Below, in pieces: positions 1 to 9,500 of a stretch of 23,969 nucleotides of DNA. The DNA lies in the sequence record SRR31156797_1193; one strand, written 5' to 3'. The notes below the pieces were generated by a model. That model did not search any database. It was given only the letters and a program-made list of their open reading frames with translations, and had not been told where the DNA came from. Position 1 is the first letter of the stretch. Each line of letters opens with the position of its first letter. Both the position numbers and the translations under genes were made by a program.

Positions 1-583
1 ACTTGTAATTGATATTTGCGGTGTTAAGTCCATGATAGTTAATGAATTTCCCAAGGAAATGCTTGACAGATGCGACTTCGTTCCTACTCATCCTATGGCA
101 GGCAGAGAGAAGAAGGGCTATGAAATGTCTGTAGAAGATTTATTTGATGGCAGTTCATATGTAATTACACCTCTTTTAACAAATAATGATTCCAACATTG
201 AAGTAGTCAGAACTTTGGCAAGGGATATTGGTGCAAAGAAGATATTGACGTGCAGCGAAGGAGAGCATGATGAATATATTTCTTATGTTTCTCAATTACC
301 TCATGTTTTGGCATGTGCATATATGGCTTCCTCAAAGGAACGCCCTTTAAGTGAATATGCCGCTGGCAGCTTTCGTGATGTATCTCGTGTAGCTCTGATA
401 AACGAAGTTATTTGGCAGGAATTATTTAACCTTAATAAGGACTTCCTATGCGAAGAGATTTCCCAACTGATAGTTGAGCTGGATAAATTTCGTACTATGA
501 TTAAAGGCGAAGAGAAAGACATGGCAATTGACTATATGAAAAAAGCCAGACGAATTAAGGAAAATTACGATAATATAGACTAA
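1..583 (+). CDS. tyrA: Prephenate dehydrogenase (TyrA family), 5'-truncated by the window edge
   Basis: The frame is open from base 2 (LVIDICGVKSM, matching the TyrA D-x-x-S/G-VK motif), so the true start lies upstream of the window. Motifs present: HPMAGRE, EHDEYISYVSQLPH, AAGSFRDVSRVA, WQELF. Confidence 0.93.
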   Translation, partial: LVIDICGVKSMIVNEFPKEMLDRCDFVPTHPMAGREKKGYEMSVEDLFDGSSYVITPLLTNNDSNIEVVRTLARDIGAKKILTCSEGEHDEYISYVSQLPHVLACAYMASSKERPLSEYAAGSFRDVSRVALINEVIWQELFNLNKDFLCEEISQLIVELDKFRTMIKGEEKDMAIDYMKKARRIKENYDNID

Positions 584-2070
584 TTAATAATTAAATCTAT
601 TTCTACTGTTTCTGAGTTTATGCTTAGTGCAGAAATATCGAAAAGATTACGTGGGATAGTAGAGCCAACATCAAAATTTATGGTTATATCTTCATTAAAT
701 ATCTCTTCAATATCATTTTTTGGTACAGTATGCCCATTTATAGAGAATTGAGTAGGCGTTTTGCCCAGCAAGTATATTTTGCTCTTGTGGGCGGATATTT
801 GATACGGTATTTCAATATTGATTTCAACATTTGGGTATGCTATTAAAATATTTGAACTTATATTATTATCATCAATTTTTATAGTAACTGATTGTAATTC
901 TTTGCTCTCTTCAGATATTTTCTCACATTCTGTTTGCAAGTAGCTATTGAATTCGTTAAGAGGAATACTAAATGGAATTATATCGCCCTTTTTGTATCCA
1001 ATCACTGTAAATGCCTCACTGCTATTTGAATTATACATCCTATCTGCATCAATTGAATATACTACTTCTGTTATATCAGGATTAATAACAAGGCTGTTTA
1101 CTGTAATCCAATCTGGTACACCGATAGTATTTAAATCCAGAGTAAATTCGGATATGAACTGCTTAACAATATTTGAAGCAAGTTCATTGACAGAAGTTAT
1201 TCTCACAACACTTACATGAAGTATATTGTCAGAAATATAAATATTACATTCGACAGGTACAAGTATTTTTATACCCAAAGCATTTAGTACTAGTTTGATT
1301 GTATTGTTTTCAGTATGGAAATAAGCTGATTCGATTTTGAACATTCCTTCCTCGGAGTTATTATTCAAATATTCATTTAAGTACTTGTTTACATTTTCTT
1401 CTACTATTAAGCTATCAATTTTCAATGTCTGATTATTAATATCACTAAGCTTTGTACTGGATGATATTTCTGAAACATTTTCCTTAAGAAAATCATACAG
1501 AGTTTTACTGGCGTAATCATTATTTAGCGTCAAACCAGCTTTAAGATAGTCATTTGTAATATCAAGACTATTAATAGCTACAGGCAATTCCTGTTGGGAT
1601 AAATCAATAGTGAACTCTGCTTTTTCTATGATTTTTTTCCACTGAATAGGGATTATGCCAAGCTTCACTTTGGTTGTTCTCAGGTGTATTTTATTGTTAG
1701 CAGCATCTGCATTGATAAATACTCTAACAGGTATTATGATCCATTTTTTCTGATAAACAGCTTGTACAATAATAGAGTTTTCATTTAGACTGATACCTGT
1801 GATTGTTGTATCTTCTAATCCCTCTATATTTTTCTGATTATCTCTGATAAGACCTAAAATAATAGGTTCAATTGTTTTATCATCAATTTCTAGTGTGTAT
1901 TGATTCCAGTCTGTTATCTCCAGATTATCTATAAGCTGATTGTATTGCATGTCAGAGGAATCCATATATATTATCTCTTTTGATTTAGTAAGAGAGAAAT
2001 ACAGAATGCCAGACAATACTGATACTACACAAATAGAAATTAAAAGAACAATAAATTTCTTTTTCATCAT
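580..2070 (-). CDS. Membrane-anchored hypothetical protein with three tandem beta-rich repeats (DUF2140/DUF2993-LmeA-like, tentative)
   Basis: 496-aa ORF. N-terminal KKKF plus hydrophobic helix (signal anchor). GGTGA RBS upstream. Three internally similar segments visible by eye. Confidence 0.75.
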   Translation of the reverse strand: MMKKKFIVLLISICVVSVLSGILYFSLTKSKEIIYMDSSDMQYNQLIDNLEITDWNQYTLEIDDKTIEPIILGLIRDNQKNIEGLEDTTITGISLNENSIIVQAVYQKKWIIIPVRVFINADAANNKIHLRTTKVKLGIIPIQWKKIIEKAEFTIDLSQQELPVAINSLDITNDYLKAGLTLNNDYASKTLYDFLKENVSEISSSTKLSDINNQTLKIDSLIVEENVNKYLNEYLNNNSEEGMFKIESAYFHTENNTIKLVLNALGIKILVPVECNIYISDNILHVSVVRITSVNELASNIVKQFISEFTLDLNTIGVPDWITVNSLVINPDITEVVYSIDADRMYNSNSSEAFTVIGYKKGDIIPFSIPLNEFNSYLQTECEKISEESKELQSVTIKIDDNNISSNILIAYPNVEINIEIPYQISAHKSKIYLLGKTPTQFSINGHTVPKNDIEEIFNEDITINFDVGSTIPRNLFDISALSINSETVEIDLIIN

Positions 2071-2104
2071 TTCACCATATCTTTATCTTTATCTTTATAT
2101 ATTG

Positions 2105-2133
2105 ATAATAATTGTTATGTAAGCATTATTCAA
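2105..2133 (-). promoter_or_regulatory. Candidate sigma-A promoter for the 496-aa gene
   Basis: Minus strand reads TTGAAT-N17-TATTAT, ending about 35 nt upstream of the ATG. The region is AT-rich, so chance matches are possible. Confidence 0.4.
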
Positions 2134-2140
2134 TAAATAA

Positions 2141-3007
2141 TTAGTTATTAAGTAAATATTTAACCCAGTACCCATCACCAGTTATGCTTGGTATCCATCT
2201 GTTGAAGTCACTCAGCCCATAGGGAGGGACTACAGCCTTTCCAGGAATACACAGCATATAAATATGCATATTGTTTGCTGGTACTTTGCATACAATCATA
2301 TGGTCAAAGCCATAAACTTCCGCTATCTCTACTTTTGCAAATAATGCTTTTTCGAAATTGCCAACAAAAGGTGATTTGATAGGATTTTCCTTTAGTGCTT
2401 TATCCATCTCGTTAATATTGAAATCCAAAGGTGTATGTCTGATATGGCTTGGAGCTCCATGGCTTGAATGCTTTAGATGATTGGGAGATTTCCTTCTGGT
2501 TGCGGGGCTTAGGGTTAATAAATTCATTAAATCCTGATTACTTTTTGCTATATGAATCTGCTCTTTTTTTGCTAACTGTTCTACTTCTTTTTTTACAATT
2601 TCTTTTTTGTGCTGTGGTGTAATCTTTTCATCTTCATTGCATCTTATTATTGTCATGGCTGAATGGATGTCTGTCTTGGAAAGAGAGGGGATATTTGCTG
2701 TTAAAACAGGAATATCATCTGATATTACAACAATCATTTTTGCACTGTAAATGAAGTCGCTCCAATTTACATCAGATAGTTTTCTTGCGGCATAATATGA
2801 CCCTTCGGAAGCATCAATATCAAGTACCTTTTTTGCGGACTGACCTACTATAAACATCTGTGCTTTTGTGGATCTTGTCCAAAAAGCTGACAAAGTCACT
2901 TCCCATGTATCATTGATTTTTTTTAGCGTTACTTTTCCCGTGGTGATTTTATCACATTCATGAGGTATCATTTTAATAGATTTTTGATTCCAAGCTGCTT
3001 GCTGCAT
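2141..3007 (-). CDS. Hypothetical protein, possibly sporulation-associated
   Basis: 288-aa ORF with a strong AAGGAG RBS. Folded N-terminal region, charged/low-complexity linker, and C-terminal LCIPG...PPYGL..F.RWIP..GDGYW motif reminiscent of clostridial DUF6128-like proteins (tentative recall). Confidence 0.75.
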   Translation of the reverse strand: MQQAAWNQKSIKMIPHECDKITTGKVTLKKINDTWEVTLSAFWTRSTKAQMFIVGQSAKKVLDIDASEGSYYAARKLSDVNWSDFIYSAKMIVVISDDIPVLTANIPSLSKTDIHSAMTIIRCNEDEKITPQHKKEIVKKEVEQLAKKEQIHIAKSNQDLMNLLTLSPATRRKSPNHLKHSSHGAPSHIRHTPLDFNINEMDKALKENPIKSPFVGNFEKALFAKVEIAEVYGFDHMIVCKVPANNMHIYMLCIPGKAVVPPYGLSDFNRWIPSITGDGYWVKYLLNN

Positions 3008-3051
3008 AAGTAATTCTCCTTCGTTTGTTTTTAAATTTAGGTACTATAACT

Positions 3052-3079
3052 ATTATATGAATCGATAAGAATAATATTC
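3052..3079 (-). promoter_or_regulatory. Candidate SigE-type (mother-cell) promoter for the 288-aa gene
   Basis: Minus strand reads GAATATT-N13-CATATAAT, close to the B. subtilis SigE consensus (KMATAnn-N14-CATACAnT). Confidence 0.45.
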
Positions 3080-3317
3080 TTTTTGTGCTAAAAAATGCTG
3101 TGATAATATATTCGTATATGCAATAATTAGCATATCGACTAAAAGTCCTAAATGTCACTTTAATGTGAATATACTGCGAACAACTTGTGACTAATGCTAA
3201 TAAATGTAAATTGACTATTCATATATTGTATTAATTTTTGATAAAAATTAGTTTATTTTTTTTGATTGCACATATATAGTTTATTTAATTAAAAGAACGA
3301 GACAATATTAAAATTAC

Positions 3318-3326
3318 TGGTATAAT
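3318..3326 (+). promoter_or_regulatory. Candidate extended -10 sigma-A promoter for the HD-GYP gene
   Basis: TGgTATAAT at 3318-3326, GAGG RBS at 3357-3360, ATG at 3369. Confidence 0.5.
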
Positions 3327-3368
3327 AATTAATAATATGATAGCAGAAGAACATTTGAGGAAGTAAAA

Positions 3369-4409
3369 ATGGAGAAATTCAGAATACTTATAATTGATGA
3401 TACAACAAAAAACTCTCGGGAATTGATGAGTATTCTTGGGGATGAATATCATGTCTATATCATAGAATATGACAAATACATAATTGAAAACATTTATACA
3501 ATGGGTATTGACATGATTTTGATAGGTGTAAAAATGCCGCATATAGATGGCTGTGAATTGTGTAGGCTAATAAAGAATCATAACGAAATCAGCAGGATTC
3601 CAGTGATTTTGTTTGGAACAAGAAACAGAAAAATAGATATTGTAAGAGGTATTGAGATAGGAGCAGTTGATTATCTACAGGAGCCATATAATCCTGAGAT
3701 TGTTAAGGTAAGGGTAAATGCTTATCTTTCTCTTTATAACCAGAATAAAAGGCTAGAAAATATGGTTATGAAAAGAACCAGAGAAATTGAAAAAACAAGA
3801 CTGCATATTATACGCAATCTAAGCGTTGCAGCAGAATTTAAATACTCAGAGACCAAAAATCATATTGTCAGAATGAGTAAGTACTGTTATGCTATTGCAA
3901 AGTCCTATGGACTAGAAGAAGCTGAGGCACAGTTGCTGCTTAATGCTGCACCAATGCATGATATTGGTAAAATAGGTATTCCTAATAAAATATTACAGAA
4001 GACATCACCTCTTAATGATAAAGAATCAAAAATAATGAGGAAACACTGCAGAATAGGTGCTGATATTATTGGAGAACATAAATCAGGTTTGCTTGCCGCA
4101 GCAAGAGCAGTAGCTTTAGAACATCATGAAAAATTTAATGGCACAGGTTATCCAAATAATTTAAAAGGGAATCAAATAAGCATTTATGGAAGGATAGTAG
4201 CTTTGGCAGATGCATTTGATACATTGACTAGCGTACAACAGCATAAAAGTGCATGTGAAAATGCGAGAGTAATTAACCATATAAATGAAAAATCCGATAA
4301 GGACTTTGATCCTGATGTTGTAATGGCATTCAATAGAGTAGTACCGGAGATTATAAGTATTAAACAAAGGTATGATGATATTGATTTACTTATAGCAGCG
4401 ACTAAATAG
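3369..4409 (+). CDS. RpfG-family response regulator: degenerate receiver domain plus HD-GYP cyclic-di-GMP phosphodiesterase domain
   Basis: Receiver scaffold ILIIDD...DMILIGVKMPHIDG...GAVDYLQEP, then a coiled linker (LENMVMKRTREIE), ETKNHIVRMS, MHDIGKIGIP (HD), HHEKFNGTGYP (GYP), IVALADAFD and FDPDVV. Confidence 0.93.
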   Translation: MEKFRILIIDDTTKNSRELMSILGDEYHVYIIEYDKYIIENIYTMGIDMILIGVKMPHIDGCELCRLIKNHNEISRIPVILFGTRNRKIDIVRGIEIGAVDYLQEPYNPEIVKVRVNAYLSLYNQNKRLENMVMKRTREIEKTRLHIIRNLSVAAEFKYSETKNHIVRMSKYCYAIAKSYGLEEAEAQLLLNAAPMHDIGKIGIPNKILQKTSPLNDKESKIMRKHCRIGADIIGEHKSGLLAAARAVALEHHEKFNGTGYPNNLKGNQISIYGRIVALADAFDTLTSVQQHKSACENARVINHINEKSDKDFDPDVVMAFNRVVPEIISIKQRYDDIDLLIAATK

Positions 4410-4411
4410 AA

Positions 4412-5629
4412 TTATATATCAATATTCAGCATTTTCTTGCGAATCTTTTTGATTTTTTTCTGATTAGCTTTGTGGTATTTCATGCTTATTGGAGAGTATT
4501 TCTCGATTTCTTTAATATATTCTTTAGAATAATATTGTCTGTTATTAAAGACAGAGAATACTACAATTTTCATAAGGTTGCCCGTAATAAGTTTTTTTAT
4601 GTCATCTTTTCTTTCGTTGTTATCCAAACAATCATAATTAATGCATTTAAAAATGAAATTTATTAATTTATTTGTCAGCTTATCCAGCTTATAATTTGTT
4701 ATACTCTGAGAGAAAATTGTCTGATTATTTTCTTTCTGATCGCTTTTTATATCCTGTAAATCGTCAATTAACTGTAGTACCGCACCAAAAGAAAAGGCAA
4801 ATTCTATTATCTTTTTATCTATATTACATGATGCTAGATATGCATCTGTAACAACTGATGCTCCACCTTTTTCAAAGCTTAAATAGAGTATATTACTTTC
4901 GTAAGGTGATGATTTGAGGTTTTGCTTTTGATAACTTTTACATTGTGCTAAGTGAATGCTTAAAATGCTTTCATAAACTTGTGGACATTTATTATGAGAG
5001 TATTGTGCTTCTATTAGTTCAACCAAAGAATATACTTTGCCTTCGTAATCATTTTTACTATGAATTTTTGCACCATTCAGTCTCTTTTCAAGCCGTTTTA
5101 CGAATTTCCTCTTTTTATTTGCAGAAATGTTTTTATTGTCCAGAAAATTGTCTGTATACGGATAGAGCAGACTATAGCTCAATACGCTGTTTGTACATTC
5201 AATATCTTTATTTAACATAAACTGAAGTAAATTCATTATCCACACATTACGAATTGCCTGATATATCTCATTTGATGTTAGTTCATTGTCAAATTTTTGA
5301 GATTTTGTTATGAATTTCTCTGTGCATGATGTATAACCCTTAAGCATATCCTTTTCATCATCTTTGTTATCGAACCCAAGATTGCCTGCTGCATATTTTA
5401 AAACTTTATTTTTGAATTCTTTCAGCCATAATGAGGTTTTTGCTTTATCGGAGGGGTGGTTCTGCAGCTGCTCATCAAATACATTAATTATTTTGTTGAA
5501 CTTAGCCTGCTTATGCGCTTTTTCTTCATTTGAATATTCCTTAAGCATTGGCATATCTGAAGGCATATCCCACCACAACTGTTCATATTTTTTAGCTAAA
5601 CTAATAACATTCTGATATACTTTATTCAT
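4412..5629 (-). CDS. Class I isoprenoid biosynthesis (terpene synthase/prenyltransferase-fold) enzyme, substrate unknown
   Basis: 405-aa ORF that looks all-helical, with two Asp-rich motifs, LYPYTDNFLD (D160-D164) and QLIDDLQDIKSD (D289-D293), and EKGG at the position of the prenyltransferase KT motif. GGGAG RBS. Confidence 0.75.
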   Translation of the reverse strand: MNKVYQNVISLAKKYEQLWWDMPSDMPMLKEYSNEEKAHKQAKFNKIINVFDEQLQNHPSDKAKTSLWLKEFKNKVLKYAAGNLGFDNKDDEKDMLKGYTSCTEKFITKSQKFDNELTSNEIYQAIRNVWIMNLLQFMLNKDIECTNSVLSYSLLYPYTDNFLDNKNISANKKRKFVKRLEKRLNGAKIHSKNDYEGKVYSLVELIEAQYSHNKCPQVYESILSIHLAQCKSYQKQNLKSSPYESNILYLSFEKGGASVVTDAYLASCNIDKKIIEFAFSFGAVLQLIDDLQDIKSDQKENNQTIFSQSITNYKLDKLTNKLINFIFKCINYDCLDNNERKDDIKKLITGNLMKIVVFSVFNNRQYYSKEYIKEIEKYSPISMKYHKANQKKIKKIRKKMLNIDI

Positions 5630-5876
5630 ACAATCTCCCCATTATATTTATTATATTAGTATAGTTTATCATAAAAATGAGTAAAATTTATTAAAATACT
5701 AAAAAAACTAATTTATCTACATAACTTAATATATTACAAAGTTTATTAATTTTTTTCTATATAATTTTAAATATAGGAATTTGCCACTAACAATCAGAAA
5801 TATTTTATTAGAAATATCAGCTCTAGATAATGATAGTCGAAGGTATATGCTAAAAAATTATAAATACATGCATACA

Positions 5877-5904
5877 TTGACATATTTAGTAAATGTGTTA
5901 GTAT
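5877..5904 (+). promoter_or_regulatory. Candidate sigma-A promoter for the YkvA-family gene, with an overlapping palindrome
   Basis: TTGACA(5877-5882)-N16-TAGTAT(5899-5904) with an extended TGn element. AAGGAG RBS at 5945-5950. Confidence 0.5.
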
Positions 5905-5957
5905 TTAATCAGGACTGTTTAACGAAATTACAGTATTTATGTATAAGGAGAAATTAA

Positions 5958-6419
5958 TTGGATCAAGAAAAAGTAGGTAAGAAGGGCTATAAGAAATACA
6001 AAAATCGTGCAGACGAATACCTGAATGATAAAGATAAGGCTGATGGATTGTTGTCAAAGGCGAGAGAAAAGGCCAATGTCAAGAAAGGTCCATTAAATGA
6101 CATATGGGAAAAAATACAATTACTGTTTAATCTTTTCGAGGATTGGATTAAAGGCAATTATAAGGTTATCCCTGTACGCTCAATTGCAATGGTTGCAGTA
6201 GCGATTGTGTATTTTGTTGTGCCTATTGATTTAATACCAGATTTCATACTTGGCTTAGGATTTGTTGACGATATTGCAGTAATAGCATTTGTTATTAAGC
6301 AGATTAATAAAGATTTGGATGAATATAGTGAATGGAAACAAGAGCATAAGGTTATTGAGCTTAATCCTATAGATGAGGACACTAAGCAGGAAGAAAAAGA
6401 AGATACGGATAAGCAATAA
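5958..6419 (+). CDS. YkvA/DUF1232-family membrane protein
   Basis: Signature AIVYFVVPIDLIPDFILGLGFVDDIAV. TTG start with AAGGAG RBS. Confidence 0.9.
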   Translation: MDQEKVGKKGYKKYKNRADEYLNDKDKADGLLSKAREKANVKKGPLNDIWEKIQLLFNLFEDWIKGNYKVIPVRSIAMVAVAIVYFVVPIDLIPDFILGLGFVDDIAVIAFVIKQINKDLDEYSEWKQEHKVIELNPIDEDTKQEEKEDTDKQ

Positions 6420-6566
6420 GAATTAAGTATAAAGAATTAGCATACATATTAAGATTTTATTTTTTATAATGATAAAAAATCTATACAATGGGGTAGTGTA
6501 CTTATACATGTTCTAGTTAGATTTGTTGAGTTTTTACTGTCAAATACAGGAAGAACGGGGAATAAA

Positions 6567-9500
6567 ATGAAGGTAAGAACAAGAGTATTATTAATATTAA
6601 TATGTGGTTTATTAGCTGCAGTAAGTATAATATGCTCAGTTCTTATTTCTATTTTAAACAAAAAAACAGTAGATACAGTTCGTGACAAGAGTATTATTAA
6701 TTATGAGAATACTAATCAGCGTTTAAGAAAGTATATTCAATCACTTGACTATCAGATAGATGCAATTATAAAAAACAATGTATACCTTTTTGAGTCTGAT
6801 AACAGCTATACGAATTACTTAGATGGTAGTATCAATAACCAATATACAATTAGTGAAAAAGAAGAACAATTAAGAGATATTCTAAAGCATTATCATATAA
6901 TTGATTCAGATATAAGCCAGATATATATTGGGTTTGCCGACGGGGCAATTGTTTCATCAGTAAGCATTACAAACAAAGGCACTTTTTTTACTGATGAAGA
7001 GGGATACTATGATCCTAGGCAAGAAAATTGGTATCAGCGGGCTGCCGAAACTGGAGATCTGATAATAACAGATTTATACATGAGAGATCATTCGGAATTA
7101 GCGTATACAGATGGACAGCTTATTGATGAACACAACTATGATTATATAGATTATATAGTTACAATAGCGAAACCAATTTATAATGATATTAACGAATTTA
7201 TAGGTGTTATAGGTGTTGATGTATTTTTCAGTAGTTTTTTGGAGATTGCTATTGATGAGGTTGAACAAATAGCTAGTCATGTAATAATTGAGATGGATGA
7301 AGTTTTGATAATCTCTTTTACTGAAGATAAACTGATTATTGTATCAGAAAACAGTGGTCATAGCTTAAATACAAATACAAATGATAAATTTCTGGCACAC
7401 ATAAGTTCAATAATTGGGAAAACTTCTAGTTTGAATTTGTTAGAGTATAAATTATTTATCAATAACTGGACTCTGTATCATACAGTATATACTAATATTT
7501 ATTGGCTAATTACTTCAGATGTTGCAATTCCTATTATGGTAGCTCTTGTATTAATCCTACTTATTGTTATTTCTATAGTATTTATTGCACTAAATAGAAC
7601 CATTATCTCACCAATAGAAGCTATCAGTCGCAGTATTGCTAAGAATTCGATAAAATCAAAACATTTAATCACCAATAAAAGACATAAAAATGAAATAGAA
7701 GATATTGCTTTTCACTATGATGATTTTATTAATGAGTTCAGAACTTCAAATGAAAATATTATGGATACCATTAAAGATAAATCTGCAATAATTGAACAAG
7801 CACATATTTCATTGCTGATGACTGATTTGGACGGTATTATTATTTATTGCAATCCGCTATGTCAGAAGGTGTTCAATCTCACAAGAAATGAAATGATTGG
7901 TAAGTACCTAGACGACGTTTATGAATTCATAGATTTTAATAAAGTATTCAAAGGAGCATGGCAAAGCACTGAAAAAAACCCCAGCTACGCCAAGATTGTA
8001 AAAAAGAGAAGAAATGACGGAAGTATTCAGTACGAAAACGTGACAATTACAACGTTGCGTAATGATAAAAACAGGATTGTAGGTTTTATTAACACTATTG
8101 TTGATATTACTGATAATATTCGCTCAAAGGAAATACAGAAGATATTAACAAATTTCTCTTCAAAATACATCAATATCGATGCTGAAAATATAAAAGAAGG
8201 TATTGATTCTGCATTGGCTGAGTTAAGCAATCTAATAGATGCAGACAAAGCAGTTGTTTTAAAATTTGTATACAATCTTAATGAAGTTCATATTACTCAT
8301 TGCTGGTATTTAGATGGTTATAATAAATACAACAAATATAACTCCAAGGTTTCCATGAATGTATTTTCGGCTAAGTTTATTAACAAAATGAAGGATAATG
8401 ATACTGAAATTTATCATGAAGGGGATATAATAGATGATAATAAGTTAGAAGATTATATTAAAATGAAGCATATAAAGAGCTGTATTCATCTGCCTATTAT
8501 AAACAGGGGCGAGCTTAGGGGTATTGTAAGCTTTGAATCAACGAAGTATTCCCATGACTATATACCAGAAGAAGTGGATTTATTGAAAACATTTGCAAAT
8601 ATCCTGTCAAATTTACTGGAAAGAGAAAAATCATATCATCATTTAGTACAGAGTGAAGCTAATTACAGAAACTTATTTGCACACTCAGCAGATGGTATGC
8701 TGATACTTGATAATTCATCAGGCAGAATAATTGAATGTAATGATAATGCTGCAGAACTATTTGATGAAACAGATATTAAAAATATCATTGGCAAATCTTT
8801 TGCACAATTCTTCCCTAATGAGCAGCTAGATGGTGAGAATTTTGAGGATATTTACACTAAACAAATAAAGACAGCACTAGAAGGTAATCAAACTTCTCAT
8901 GATTTTGTTAGTTTAAAGAAAAATCATGAATCATTGACGCTTCGGGCAGATTTTGCAGCCATACCGTACAGTGGAAGCATGGTAATTCAGATTATTCTGC
9001 GTGATATAACAAGTGAAAACATGAGAATTGACGAACTATTAAAAGCTGAGAACAGGCTGAAGGTTGCTACTCTCAGTTCTGGAATTGTTACGTGGGATTA
9101 TAATGCAGTTACAGGAATAGCTGAATCTTCTGATGAGTACTATAATTTGATGGGTTATAGTCCAAATGAAGCTGATAGATATGAACTTATGCTAAATAGA
9201 GTTCATTCAGACGATAGAGAATCTCTTAGAAACTGCTACAAAAATGTTTTTAATGGTTTAACAGACAGCTATGCGTGTGAGTTTAGGTACAAAAAGCCAG
9301 ATAGTAATGAGTACTATTGGCTATATGAGGCAGCAACTGTCACCAAAAGGAATGAAAAAGGAAAAGCAGAGGTGATTGTCGGAGCATCAAAGGATGTAAC
9401 AGCAAGGAAATTATCAGAAGTTGAAATCAGGACATCTAATGAAAGACTTAAAGCACTTAGCATGGAGATTACAACTATATCTGAATATCTACAGTACTCG

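Noticed and set aside
32..34. ATG at 32 as the tyrA start
   Set aside because: The frame is open upstream with a conserved TyrA motif and the N-terminal Rossmann fold is missing, so the gene begins before the window.
1249..1255. Spo0A box (TGTCGAA, minus strand)
   Set aside because: A single 7-mer deep inside a CDS is expected by chance.
2079..2098. (ATCTTT)x3 microrepeat upstream of the 496-aa gene
   Set aside because: Too short and AT-rich to imply phase variation or a regulatory role.
6452..6482. Terminator between ykvA and the kinase
   Set aside because: The inverted repeat is almost all A/T and imperfect, too weak to call.
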